The notes below the pieces were generated by a model. That model ran no database searches. It had not been told where the DNA came from and was given only the letters and a program-made list of their open reading frames with translations. From positions 3,685,111 to 3,749,110 of the forward strand of contig MU058824.1 of NCBI GenBank assembly GCA_013265495.1: a stretch of 64,000 bases of DNA, read 5' to 3'. Made by a program: the position numbers and the translations under genes. How positions within the stretch are numbered: position 1 is the stretch's first letter; every line of letters begins with the position of its first letter. This stretch comes from Vicugna vicugna (taxonomy: Eukaryota). This document shows positions 25,540-38,303 of this stretch, piece by piece.

Positions 25540-27400
25540 CCAGGGTCCCAGTGCCGCGTCAGGGAAACCAGGCTCCCGCCAGACCTGCGGCGGGACTCTC
25601 CAGGCACTATGTGGATTCCCCTTCCCCCTCCCCCAATCCGCGCTCCGCTAGGCCTTCGCCTCGCGCGTTTGTCAATGAACGTGGCGCCGCCGCCTGGGCC
25701 CCGCCCCCCATTCTCTCCCATTGCCCAGGTATCGGCTAATCAGGCGGAGCCCGCCGTTTGCTCAGCCAATGGGACGATGTCTCGGGCCAGAGCCGGTTAC
25801 CACCTCTCTGATTGGCTTGATGAAGCGTGATTGGCAGGTTAGCCCCCGCCCCGCCCCCGCCCGGAGGGAGGCTGAGCCCCGGGCGGCGCTGTCCACACGC
25901 AGCGGGTCCTGAAAGCGGCTCCGGGGCGGCGCGGTGGCGCACTGTGCGCGCCGAGCAGGCGGAGGGCTAGAGCCTGCGGCGGCGGCGGCAGCGCGGACAG
26001 TCAAAGCCGACAGAGGCTGTATTTCAGTATTGGTAGTCCCGGCGGCCTTGGTGGAGGGGATCTTACTCTCTTCTCTGTCCCTCGCTCTAACGCCTGGGGC
26101 AGGCGCGGCGGCCGTCCCGGAAGAGGCAACTGAAAGACACTCGAATCAGACCTCCGAGAGAAGGGAGCGGAAGCTTGAAGAGTTAGTGGGCGAGAGGTAG
26201 ATTCTCAAGCGATGAGGAGACTGTCGTTGTTGTTCGTATTCTTGGCTCCGGCGATGGGGGAGCAGCGGGGCCCGCGGGAACTTTGAAGACAGTGGGTTCC
26301 AGGGTGTGAGGGCTGCAGGCTCCCGGGGACTCCGGAGTCTCGGCCCCAAGTCAGTGGCGTAAGGGTCTTAGAACCCGGTGGGGCCCCAGCGCCGCCAGAG
26401 AAGAAGTTCTTTGCAACTTCGTCCGAGACGTCGGAGAGCCGGGTGGAGAGAGGCTGAAGCAGTAAGTCCGAGATCCAGAGACTCAAAGAAACAGAAAGAG
26501 AAAGGATCCGGTGGAGACCGAGGTGTCGAGGAGAGACTCCAGAGGCAGCGAGGCTGCGGAACCAGCCTGTCAGCCCATGGGCCTCTCTGCCCCCTGAGTG
26601 AAGCCAAGGGCTGTGTGTCCCACAGGCCTCCTTAAAGCCACTCCTAAGGAGGCCGGGGGCTCCAGGCCGTCCCGGAGGCAAGCCCCTAAACTATGCCCCC
26701 GAAGCTGCTGGCGCCTTGGCGGCATCTAGCCCAGGCCGGGTGCGAAGCCGCTGCCTGAGACAGCCCGGGAGGGAGCTACCAGGAGTTGGGCTCACCACTC
26801 GCAGACCGACTGCACTAGCGCCGTTTCCCGCCTCTAGGCGCAGCTCTCGGTGATCTCCGGCAGGGAGGCTCTGAGAGGCCCTGAAGCTCCCGCAGTGATT
26901 TCTGAGCCCATTTCGCACAGTGCTCGGCCTGGCGGCGTGGCTCCCTAGCCGCGCTGGGCAGCCCCTTGGCGCCGAGAGGCGGCAGCGTGGGCCGGCCTGC
27001 AGTCTGGAGCGCCCTGATGGAAATACACTGTAAGCACGACCCGTTTGCATCCATGCATAGTAAGTAGGCGGCGAGCTCGCTTCTCTCACTCTCCCGCCGG
27101 GACGGGGTTGGGGGTGCCGGACCGCGGGGCAGGTACTAAGGACGGGAGGATCCAGGACTTCAGTGGCTACGCAGTAAACTTTGCAAAGTACAGGGCTCCC
27201 AGGCATGGTATGTGGAACAACGCGCCTGGCCGACTGGGCCAGAGCACCTGGCACCAGGAATCCCGCCTCCAGCAACGGGTAGTGTAGGCAGCGAGCTGCA
27301 GCCTTTCCGAGGCTCCAGCAGCAATATCTCAGCGTGTCGAGAGAATCCTGGCTCTGACCCGGAGAGGGCTCTGGGCCAGGCTAGTTGGAGGGCACAAAGC
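25540..27400. promoter_or_regulatory. PAX5: CpG island / TATA-less promoter 1B with CCAAT boxes (25766, 25811, 25830) and GC boxes (~25843-25862)
   Basis: High CpG density surrounding exon 1B; CCAAT, two ATTGG and CCCCGCCCCGCCCCCGCCC read directly. Confidence 0.8.
27017..27059 (+). CDS. PAX5: PAX5 alternative first exon 1B coding part (MEIHCKHDPFASMH-R), 43 nt
   Basis: ATGGAAATACACTGTAAGCACGACCCGTTTGCATCCATGCATA|GTAAGT; known PAX5-1B N-terminus, similar to the PAX2 N-terminus; same phase as exon 1A. Too short for the ORF track. Confidence 0.95.
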
Positions 27401-30400
27401 TGTAAGAAGAGGTCAGTCTGAGTCTCAGACAGCACCCCACACCCCAACCCCAGTGGTGCCTTTTTCAGCCGTGGGTCTGATCAAAACTGCAGCTTGGAGG
27501 GAAAGTGGGGCCCCTAGCAGTGCCTGTGTGCTTGTATGTGTGGAGGAAGAGGTTGAGAGCTAGGTGAGGATACCAAGTCCAGAGCTCCAAAAGCGTCCTG
27601 GAGTTGAGGAGTGGGATTTGAAAAATCAACGAAGTAGTGTTCCCTGAGCTGAGCTTCTGATTAGAAGCCGCCAGTTCATACAGAGATCCTTAAAGGCACT
27701 ATCAAGTCGTCTCTGCAGGACGCTTGCCTCTTGATGGCTTCTCCTCTTAAAAAGAAAATCAAAAAGAAGCCGATTAGTTACCATACAGGCACCCTTGCTT
27801 TCTGAAAGATGCCGTGTGTGTAGGAGACGGGAAGGGTCATTTTGGGCACGGACTAGGCCGGTTGGTTGCCTGACCCGCTGGGATCTGCCAGTTCACCCAT
27901 TAGCACAGCCTCCTGTAAGATAAGCGCTTCTCTCACGGTGAGTTAACGCCGGATTAGATTTGGAGATTTCGAGGAAATTCCAAATGGAACGAATCGTATT
28001 TCCCTTCTGAGCGCTGCAGGGCTGGGCCAGAGTAAGGCACCAGGCTTCGGCGGTATCCAGCCAGATGCCCAGCTTGAGTCCTCATGGGCCGCTGGTCAAG
28101 GAGTCACTCCTGGGCTGTGAACCCTCCCCAAGCCTTCAGACAGCCCAGAATCCTGCTTCCTTAGCCTTGGGTCCTCTGTTTAACAAAGGCAGCAGAGACC
28201 CGGCTGGAGAGAAGTCGAGCTTCCTGGGGCGAATATGTTCATTTCTGCCCTGAAGGGCCGAATGGCCTGGTAAGCAGGGAAATGCTGATCTGGGCTCCTG
28301 GGGCTGGCTTCGGGCAAGTCAGTTTCTCTTTGTGTCAGTTTCCCGAGTCCGAGGTCATCCACCAAAGCTGTGAGGAGATTTGTGCAGAGAAGCCGCTTGC
28401 TTCTGTCCTAGCCCAAACGATTCCTCATCATTTGGGGCCTGTGCCAAAACCGTTTCCAGTCCGTGATGACCCCAGCACCCCCAGCAGCCTTTTCCTGCGC
28501 AGACAGCTGGGCTCAAGGGAGGCTCTGATATCACAGAGTGAGCCAGAAAACAAACGAGTTGGGGTCAGTACTCTGAGAGGTGAGCAAGCTGGTAGCTCAG
28601 CCAAGGAGCGATTGGGGGACAAAAATGGGAAGGGCTGGCCCCTGCACTTCTATCCTTGCCTGCGGGAATCCACAGACCCTCACTGCCTTCTGCACAGAGC
28701 CTGGCGGCCCAGAGGTCATGCCTGGGCCCTTGGGGAGATAGCATCAGACCTGGTGGCCTCTCGGCTGTACATGAGGGTGAAGGAGGCAGCTCCTTCCAGG
28801 TGGGGGTTAGCCAACTGCAAATGCCTGTCTCTGTCCCTCCTTATCTCCGCTGTCCTTTGCCCCCTCCTTAAATAGTGCTCCCTCCTCCCATTTTCAATCT
28901 TCCCTGCAGGATGGTGGGGGCTGGGCCCCAGCCAGCCCAGCTTCCAGAGCTGGCTTCTCTGGAAATGCCCTTGGTTCCGATGCCCAAAGCTATTTGCTAG
29001 CACAGTGTAGGCCTGGCTTTGGGGCCCTAGTTTGTTAGAGATTGAGTGGAGGGGTGCACAGTAGATCCTGAGATGTTGCCTGGTTAGTAGAGGATAAGAC
29101 CAAGTCCCATCTTCTCATCTTCCTTCCTGGCCTTAGTCAGTTTCTTCCCCCCAACTCCCTTCCCCTCTTCTCCACTGGAGCAGGGTAGCTTCTGTGGGGA
29201 AATGTGTAGGGGGAGGGGCAGGCACTGCCAGGAAATGGGCTTCTGTGTTTCTTGCCCCCACCCCCAGCTACGGGCACAAGTTATAAAGCACTTTTATAGC
29301 CAGTCTCCTACCTGAGTGTCTACTAAACGTTCAGCTACACCCATTTTACAGAGTATGATATTAAGGTCAGAGAGACAAAAGGACTGACAGGAAGTTCATA
29401 TGGACAAAACTCGAACCAGTCTTTGAGGATTTACGGAAGAGGAGAGAGAGGGACTCAGACTCCAGAGACTGGGCAGTGAACATTTGGGTGGCTACACACA
29501 AGTGCAAGGTGCTATCTGTCTGGCTCAACTATGTCTGTATTCATGGCACCACTATCCATGTGTGCCAGCACCTGTCTGCTGGTTAGAAAGTCCATTAAGG
29601 AGACTTCATCCCTGCCCTTTCCCCATGTTTCTGTTTGCATGTTTGTGTGTTCCTTCATTCATCCTCTCCCGTGCCAATAGAAGGAATTTCAGTGACCCTG
29701 TGGGTCCTTCAGTTCAATCTACCACTGAGTCAGCACAGACCCTCTCCCCAAGTCTCTATGCCCAGCCATGGTCTTTGGGGGTGTGGACAGGGGCGCCGTG
29801 GTGGGCAGCATGTCCAGACCAGAACCACAAAGGCCCCAGGGGCATCTGCAATTCAACCCTTCTCTCTTGCCCTCCCCTCCTCCAAACCCTGCTCTCTCAG
29901 CCCTGTGGGAGTGGGCTGTGTTTCCCTTGTCTGTTTCCTGGTCTCTGCCTTGATTTGTTCGTATCTGTCTCTGTGTCAGTTTCTCTGTAAATTCTACTTG
30001 ACTCTGAAAAGTATAGCTGAGTCCGTGTCTCCCCACAACCCCCAGCACCTCCCATAGGAGGAGCCCTCACTCAGTCCACAGGAAGTAGAGGCTGGGACTT
30101 GGGTTCTCTGAGAAAGTGCAGGGCTGAAGCTGGGCTTCCAGAAAACAAAGGTCTCCCCCTCCACAGATGTCCCCTGTCCTCCAAATGCCCCTTGCTGGGC
30201 TTCCTCTGTTTTCTCTTCTTTCTTCTTGCCTCCCACTGTACACTGCATCTGCCTTTCTTTCCATTCTCTTTCCTGTTCTGGCCAGTTCATTCCTTTTTTC
30301 TCCTCCTCTTCATTTATAACTTGAGGCCTCCCTTCCAGGCTCTCTCTCCTTGCTGTCTGTCTCATGTCATCTAGTTCTTGCTCTTTGTACCCTTCCCCTC

Positions 30401-32798
30401 ACACCTCTTCCTTGTTTCTTTCCCTGTCCTCCTGCCTCCCTTCTCTCAGGTTTCTGGTTTCACTTCTTTCCAATAAGTGAGAGACATTGCCTTTTCAGAC
30501 CACAGTTTTAAATCACCAGCTTGCCACCCTTGAAATGCTCTTTTAGATCGGGCTGAGACCGAAACAGAGAGGGCCAAATGGGTTTGGGGGCCTTTCCTGG
30601 AAGTTGAAGGAAATAGGGGGTTCCCAGGTCATGCTGGGTCTGGTGTTAGCAATGGACATGTGGATCAGACTCTGGAAGCGCCTGGTAGCCTGGCCTTTGG
30701 GGTCAAGACTAGAGGGTATGGGATCTGCTGTCACCTAAGAGTGTCTGATCCTTGGGGTTTTTTTCCCCATGATGCAAATGGTCCCCAAAGCTCACTGTCC
30801 TGTAGGACTGCTTTTGGTATTTAAGTCCTCTGAAGGTTGCCACTGTGTTTTGGGCAGAAAATTTAAATCGCCAGTAGTGTAGGGAATAGGCATTTGCAGA
30901 TGGCGCCAATGCCTGGACTAACAGTTATCTCGAAAGTGTGCTCGGTGCTTTTAGCTTCCTTTTTTGTCCTCTTAGATGAGCTTTTGCCAATTTTGAATTT
31001 ACTTTCTTCTTAAATCCAGCCTGTTACTGAAAGACCCATATAACACTTTTTTTTTATTAGTATTCTCAACCCCAGAACAAAGCTTTCTTAAAACCCTTGA
31101 CCAGGGTGGCTGCAGTCTTTCTGTTTTAGGTGAACTATGCAATTGTGTTCCTAAACGCAAAATCCTGTTTGGGATGGTTTTCCTTTTTCTTATGTCTGGA
31201 GTGTTTTAGAACAATAAAAACTGATTAAAGCTCATTTTGAAAATTGGAGAAATTTAGCTTAGAACTAGAATTAACTACTGTTGTTATCTATAAAAATTTT
31301 TTTTCTTGGAATCAGTCTGAGCTTGGACATTTGGGGAAATATTCAATTCAGACTCTCATGGGAAACTTCAGTGAATCGCTTTGGCAGGTTTTAGGAAATG
31401 GGTTATGTTATGAGTAGTTTTCCCCCTCTATTTCGGATATTGTTCATGAACCTGGATAATAGTTGATTGCTGGCGGGGGGTGAGGGGTTGGGAATAGCTG
31501 AGATAAGGTGGCTATTTTATATTTTAGAGTTGAAGGGTGTGTGTGTGAGTGTGTGTGACCTCTGAGATGCGCTGGCTTCCCTGGTACAGTTCAGTCCTAG
31601 GCAACTTCCAGTTTAGGAGGAGATTTCCCCCTCCTTGGCCTCTGAGCTGCTAGCAGCGTTGGTAAATGCTTGGATGTGACTTCTGGCTTTTGACAGTCCT
31701 CAGTGATGACAGTTAGTGGCTGATTAACAGCTACAAGGTCAGTGATGTTGCTACACTGGTTCACTCTGTGTTTACTGGTTTGGCTCTTCATTTACTTGGA
31801 TCCTTGTTTCCCTCCAGATGGACCTTGATGTAAGAGAAGGGAACTTATTGAGTGGAGGAATTACTTTCCTGGGATCCTTTTACTTAAAATCCACCCCAGA
31901 GCCCCTGTAAAACCTGGGACTCAGAAGCCTTCTCCAGCTTCTTTATTTCCCCTGAACCAACTTAAAGCTGCTCATCAATTGCAAAACACTCCCAAAATTC
32001 CAGGGAACCTCTTTTATAACAAATCCTAATGCAGTAGATTGGAATGTGATCCTTTGACCCATTTTTTTGTGTGCTCTGAGAGGGTACAGTGGTCAAGTCT
32101 GTATGACAGCCGCACCTTTTTTGTTTGTCTATTTTCCCCTGTCTTTATTGAGGTATGAGCCTCATCTTCTTAAGGAAAGGGTTTTTATCAAGGCAGTGGT
32201 TGAGTTTTGTCCAGTACTCTGCTGATACTATTTTAAAAATTATTTTTGTCCTTAGCCCTTGAATCAGACTGCTGATTTAAAAAAAATGTTTTTCCTGAGA
32301 TCTAGGTTTATTAGAGTAGTCTTTTTCACTTTTAAAGATATTTGTTAAAAGGAAAAGAGTTTCATTTTTAAAATTCTCTTTAAATCTTATGTATTTCAAA
32401 TGTATTTTCTCCCCAAGATCTTTCTTAGACCTAGCATCTTAGACCTTAGCATCATGTATGTAATAAGTTGCATCCCTAATATAGATTGAGGTTTTCACTT
32501 ACTCTATTGTTTAAAAAAATTACAAAGAAAATGCTAGTAACTAAAGGAAACATAGTATGGGGATGCCTGCCATCAACAGCCCAACTGAATGGCTGATGAT
32601 GGACAAAGGTTAAGGTTAATTTTAAAAAGCAGTCTGAAGTGCTCTTATAGCCTGCACAGTCAGACTCTGGGCTCAAGACATCCAACCCACAGCCATTTCT
32701 GATCAGAGGGGCTCTAGGTGCTCAAAACAGAGCTTCTACTCCTATGTTATTGGTTCTAACCACCCTTTCCCTTGCCTTTTGTTTCTGATCTGTTTCAG

Positions 32799-32964
32799 GA
32801 CATGGAGGAGTGAATCAGCTTGGGGGGGTTTTTGTGAATGGACGGCCACTCCCGGATGTAGTCCGCCAAAGGATAGTGGAACTTGCTCATCAAGGTGTCA
32901 GGCCCTGCGACATCTCCAGGCAGCTTCGAGTCAGCCATGGTTGTGTCAGCAAAATTCTTGGCAG
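32799..32964 (+). CDS. PAX5: PAX5 exon 2, N-terminal part of the paired domain ([55 protein letters not shown]), 166 nt
   Basis: Polypyrimidine tract and TTTCAG| acceptor; AG|GTAAAA donor; canonical paired-box translation. Confidence 0.99.
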
Positions 32965-35359
32965 GTAAAAGCAGGAGCTTCAGGCTTCCCTTGATTTTTC
33001 AGATAATGACCTAAAACATGACCCAGCAGCTGTCCAATGTAGCAGTGTCACAGTGAGAATCGTGGTGGCACTTCTCCCACGTACACAGTACCTTAAAGTT
33101 CGCAAAGCCTTTTCAAGGGACCATTCAATTCAAAGTAGTCCTGGGAAACCCCTGTTATGGAGTGAGGTGACTCAGATAGGAGGGTGACATGTTTTCTGAA
33201 AGCCTGGTGAATTATACCAAAGAACCCAAGAATAAGAGGCTCTTGGGAATCTCCCCTACACATCTTAGGTGAGATCAGGGTCTGAGCAGGGCTGGGTGGA
33301 AAATCCACAAGTTATAAAATCACATAACCAGACTTCAATGTTTCGTGTTAATGTTTTCAAAAAGCACATTCCATTTTTAAAAGGCAGCTGTCATTTTCAG
33401 TTTTGGGTTAACATCTACCTTATTATTTTGGGCTGCAGTATTTTCCTTCTATATGTTTTGTTTCCTTCATAGTGACAGGCATCCTAAATATATATTAAAT
33501 TAGAGAAGGGGAAAAAGAAACCCAAACAAATACTAACTCAGTTCTGACATTTGAAAGTTGCCACTTGACCTGGCGATTTGCTGCAAACAAAATACTAACA
33601 ATGCCTATTTTCCCAGAGGGCTCTGCAGCCTCTTAAAGCTCCTGTTTACTTTCTCGGGTGAGACGGTCCAGGGAAGCTTGTTTTGAGATGAGGAGACAAA
33701 TCTAAAGGGCGAAGTGACTGACTCAGATCCATCCAGCCAGTCAGCACTGAGGCCAGGAAGAGGCCTTAAGGATTCCTAGATCACCCACATCTCACCATAC
33801 CCCCCAAACAAGGCCACAAGTGTGTTTCTAGGCATGTGAAGTGGTTATAGGTCTGCCCCAGCAGCCAGGAACATTCTTGGGTTTAGCTGTTCAGTGTTCT
33901 CCCAGGATTTCTCTTGCCAGATCAGAAAACAACCTTTGGCCTGCAGCTTGCATTATGGTTGGAGAACAGATGCCTGAATAGAAAATAAATATTTTGAAGT
34001 ATGTCAGTGTCGTCGTGACTTTCTGCTTTCCCTCTCGTCTGCTGGGATTTGAGAAATTCTCTCAGATGGAGGAACAACAGTTTTTAACCTTGAGGAAACA
34101 TCTAGGGGCCAAGAGAAGAAGTTGCAGGGCCAGGGGTCTGGCAGCCCCTTTAGGGACCATATCCCCTGCCCTTCCCGGGTCATCTCAGCTGTGGAGAGCG
34201 TGGGCTCCACTCCTGTAACACTCAGCAGCAAATGAGCTCCAGCCCGAGTTCAAGAAGGAGGTCAGGGCCGCAGCGTCATGTTCTTGTTAGATGAGGGTTT
34301 TAGACCGGAGGACGAGATTGAGAGGTGAAAGAAAAAAACAGAGGAGAAAGGAGAGAGAGAAAAGGGAAAGAGAAAAAAGAACACAGAGAGAATGGAGAGG
34401 GATTGATTTAAAAGAGAGAGCACAAGAAACAGAAAGATGAATGAAGACAAGATAGAGAGAGAAGAGAAATATTTTAGACCATCTCAGCGTCAGACTTTGG
34501 GAGCTGAGCGGACCTTTGATATCTTCCTGGAAAGCCTCTTCATTGTATGAAAGTACAGCGAGAGAGAAAGGAGACCCTTCCTTTGTTTTTGCTGAGATGT
34601 CTTTGCTGAGCCAAAATTTTTCTTGCTATTTGAAATCTTCTCTGGCCAGGATGCTGAGCCCTTCTCAGAGGGGATGTCCAGATGCCGGGTCCTTGTGTTC
34701 TGGTTCCCAGGAGCCCTCCACATCTCCCTTGGAGACTGAAGGAGACAGGGATCCTCCCAGGCCCAGCCGGCAGCCTCCCGCGGCCCGGAATAGATTTGTC
34801 ACTAGGTAGAGTGGCACTCGGAAGTTACGCGCCGCTCCGGTGCCTGGCCGTTTAAGTTGTCAACAATAAATTGGAATTTCATAGCTCATTATTTTCATAA
34901 CTAAGAACCACAGTGGACAAAATGTCACTCTAATTAGAACTGCCTTTTAAGAAACAAGTTCAGCCCTAAAACAGTGTGACTGGGAATTTCTGAACGGGAG
35001 CTGTTCTATCCACTGATTTTTTTTCTTTTTTGATTTTTGGTCACTGAAGAATCTGATGGGTGCACACGGGATAACAGATTGTAGAGTGTATGTGGTGTGT
35101 GGTGGCTGTGGCTCTCAGAGGCTGCATGACAAGGCAAACAGAGTCCCTGGGGCAGGCAGAATCACCTCGGGAAGGTGGCGGTCTGCCAGGAGTGAGGGCA
35201 GTCAGTCCACAGAGCTCAAGGCTCCGGAGGGGCTTGCAAGGCACAGCCCAGTGGCATGTGAGGCCCATTTAAATCCACCCAGAAAGCCTGGCCGTTGTCT
35301 TCTTTCACTGGAGCCTGGCTGGGAGGTTCAGGCCATTTGGAACTGGGTGGCATGTTACA

Positions 35360-35630
35360 CCGTAATAAACACTAAGAGCATTTTAATCCTCAGCACGTGC
35401 TCTTTATGTTTTGCAAAGCTTTTTCTTAACCATTCTGCATTCCTGTCTTCACAGCAGCCCTGCAAGGCAGGCAGGGGAAGCAACCTTGTCTTATTATACA
35501 AACGGGATAACTGAGGCCCAGAGAGGCTAAGTGAGTTGGTCAAGTTCACACAGCAATTTTATGTCAGAGCACTGACTAGCACCTACACCTCTTTACTCTC
35601 AAACTAATGCTCTTTGCACCAAACTGCACT
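35360..35630 (-). mobile_element. MIR SINE
   Basis: tcttcacagcagccctgcaaggcagg...aactgaggcccagagaggctaagtgagttggtcaagttcacacagc. Confidence 0.75.
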
Positions 35631-37685
35631 GTGTGTTAGTGGCTGTTGTTCATTTTATTGTGTATAAGCCAAAAGGCTGTGTGGCTGTTTTGTTGAGATG
35701 AAAGAATGGATATTTAGTCTGAATCCTTACCTGACATAGTTGCCAATTGGGGTTTTCTGGAGTGTCAACGTTGCCTGCTAAGTTCTTGGCACATATGTAA
35801 GTCAAAAGGAAGGCAGAGACCTCTTGGGTCAAGACCATAGCCTCCTACATTTGGCCATGTGCAGGTGGGATGGATGGAGGGCCCTGGGCCCTGCAACCCC
35901 CAGCCATCCAAGCAGGGCAAGTGCTAGGGGGTGAGGGCTTCATCCTGCCATCCGCTCAGAGTCACAGTGTGAATATTACAGTCAAATTCAACTAACATAT
36001 TTTGAGCACAGGGTTTTCTGTGTGTCTGTAATCCCCACCCCAAGACAGTGCCTGTTCTAACAGACCCTCTGTGACTATTGATTGAGTTAGTGAACGAGTG
36101 ACAAAATGCACATGAAAATGCCTGGTAAACAGTAAAGTTTTCTCCAATTGCATGGGATTATTACTAGTAGTAGTAGTAGTATTTTAATTTTTATAATTAA
36201 AGCAGCATCTTGCTCTCACGGGAAGAGCACTAGATTCAGAGTCATGTTTGAAGGCCAGGGCTGTTTCTAAGTTCCAGAAGGGAGTTGGGCAAGTCACTTA
36301 ATCTTCTGATCATCAGCTTTCCCTTTTGAAAAACCCTGCCAGCCTCTCAGGAGTGGTGTGAGGATCAAGGTAATTCAAGGAAGACTCTTTAAAGAATTAT
36401 GCCTAAATAATGAGCTGTTGTGTTGATAGCAACAAATGATTTTCTGTTGTAAAATCGAAAGGATAATTGGAGGCTGCAGAGATTGCTGTGTGCTTTGATT
36501 GAGATACATTTTAAACTTCTGGCAAAAAGTATTTTCTTGGATATTTTTAAAACCTGTTTGTGACTAATAACAATTTTTCAGCAATTACAGAAAGAGGGAG
36601 GACAGGTTAAGTTTTGCTTTATGGTCCAAATTTGTCCATGACTGACTCTTAATGAAAAATAGAATTTCTACATCCACATCACGGCACCTAAATTATCTCA
36701 TCTGTTTCTAGAATATTCACTAACTTGGCCATAACCAGACTTACCCAGGCTGAGAATTTCAGCAACTCTTTAAATGTAACCAGTCATTGTTCTGGGTTAC
36801 CTTTTGCACCCATCCCATGGGAGAATCACCGCTTTCCCTTACCTATTACAAACTCTTGTTAGGTTGAAAAATGTCCAGTCATCCCTAAAATGTCTTTTTT
36901 GTTAAAAATTTTTTTCAACTGCAAGATAATCTCCTTTGCAAGAGGAAGTCAAGAATTCTTCCGTAAATGTTGAGAGAGACATCCAGTGAAGGCTCAGATT
37001 CAAAAAAGGAATCAAGTAATTTTTTTCCCTTGAAATGATCTTTCATGGCATCTTCTCCCTGGTCTCGGTTTTTCTGTAAAACCCTGACATCCTATTTGCG
37101 TTAACGAGGAAGAGCTGATAGCATGGAAATGTCCTTAGAAACAGCGATTTACCTCAGGGGAGGTCCCCAGAAGAGCTGCTGTGACTTGCGGTTGGTTTTT
37201 TTTTTTTTTTTTGATTGCTTGGGTTTTGACTTATATTTAACTCATATTTCCAGTTAGTTCTGGAATCCAACTCTCTTTTTAATTTTACATCAGGGTTATT
37301 GTTTTTCTCTTAGGGAAAAAGAAGTTACATTTTCGGGGGTGGTTTCACAGAATGCAGATGGGGCTGCTAGAGGTTGGATGAGCTGGCAAATTAAAAGCCA
37401 ACTTTCTGGGGAAATTTTAGCTCAGGAGGCTGGGCCACAGTCCCAGTTTGACCACTGAGTCCTGTGTGACGCTGGGCAGGCCGTTTAACCTCTACAGATC
37501 TGTTTTATATCCGTAGATGGGGACTTATTTGTTTATTCATTCACTCATTCAAAACATTTATGTGCTTTAGAAGTGTCTTGGGGATCAAATGGGAAAACCG
37601 ACTGGAAAATTGTCTATAAACTGTCAAATGATAGATAAGTGTAACAGAATTAATTAATTAATTAATTAATGCATAGCATTCTGAC

Positions 37686-38008
37686 CTACACTGTCCAATA
37701 GAAATATAAAGTGAGCCATGCATGACATTTAAAATTTTCTAGTAGCACGTTAAAAAAAGGAAAAAGAACCTGGGACAATTAATTCTAATTATATATTTTA
37801 TTTAACCCAATGCATAAAAAAGATGATCATTTCAACATGTAACCAATAGAAAAATCATTAATGAGATTTTTTTACATTGTCTTTTTGTACTAAGTTTTGA
37901 AAACCTGGTGTGAATTTGATGCTTACAGCATATCTCCATTCAAATGAGCCACACTTCAAATGTTCAAAAGCCACATATGGCTAGTTGTTACTGTATTGGA
38001 CAGCACAG
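37686..38008. mobile_element. MER33-like non-autonomous hAT-Charlie DNA transposon, 323 bp, ending ~96 bp before exon 3
   Basis: Terminal inverted repeats CTACACTGTCCAATA (37686-37700) and TATTGGACAGCACAG (37994-38008); length and interior fit MER33 from memory. Confidence 0.85.
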
Positions 38009-38081
38009 ATCTGGATGTTTCTGGACAGAGCAGTCCATTATTTTGTTACTGATATTCATTTTCCTGGTTTCTCTTGGCTAA

Positions 38082-38303
<222 letters not shown>

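Noticed and set aside
37651..37670. (TAAT)n self-complementary run
   Set aside because: Simple tetranucleotide slippage repeat beside old MIR and MER33 relics.
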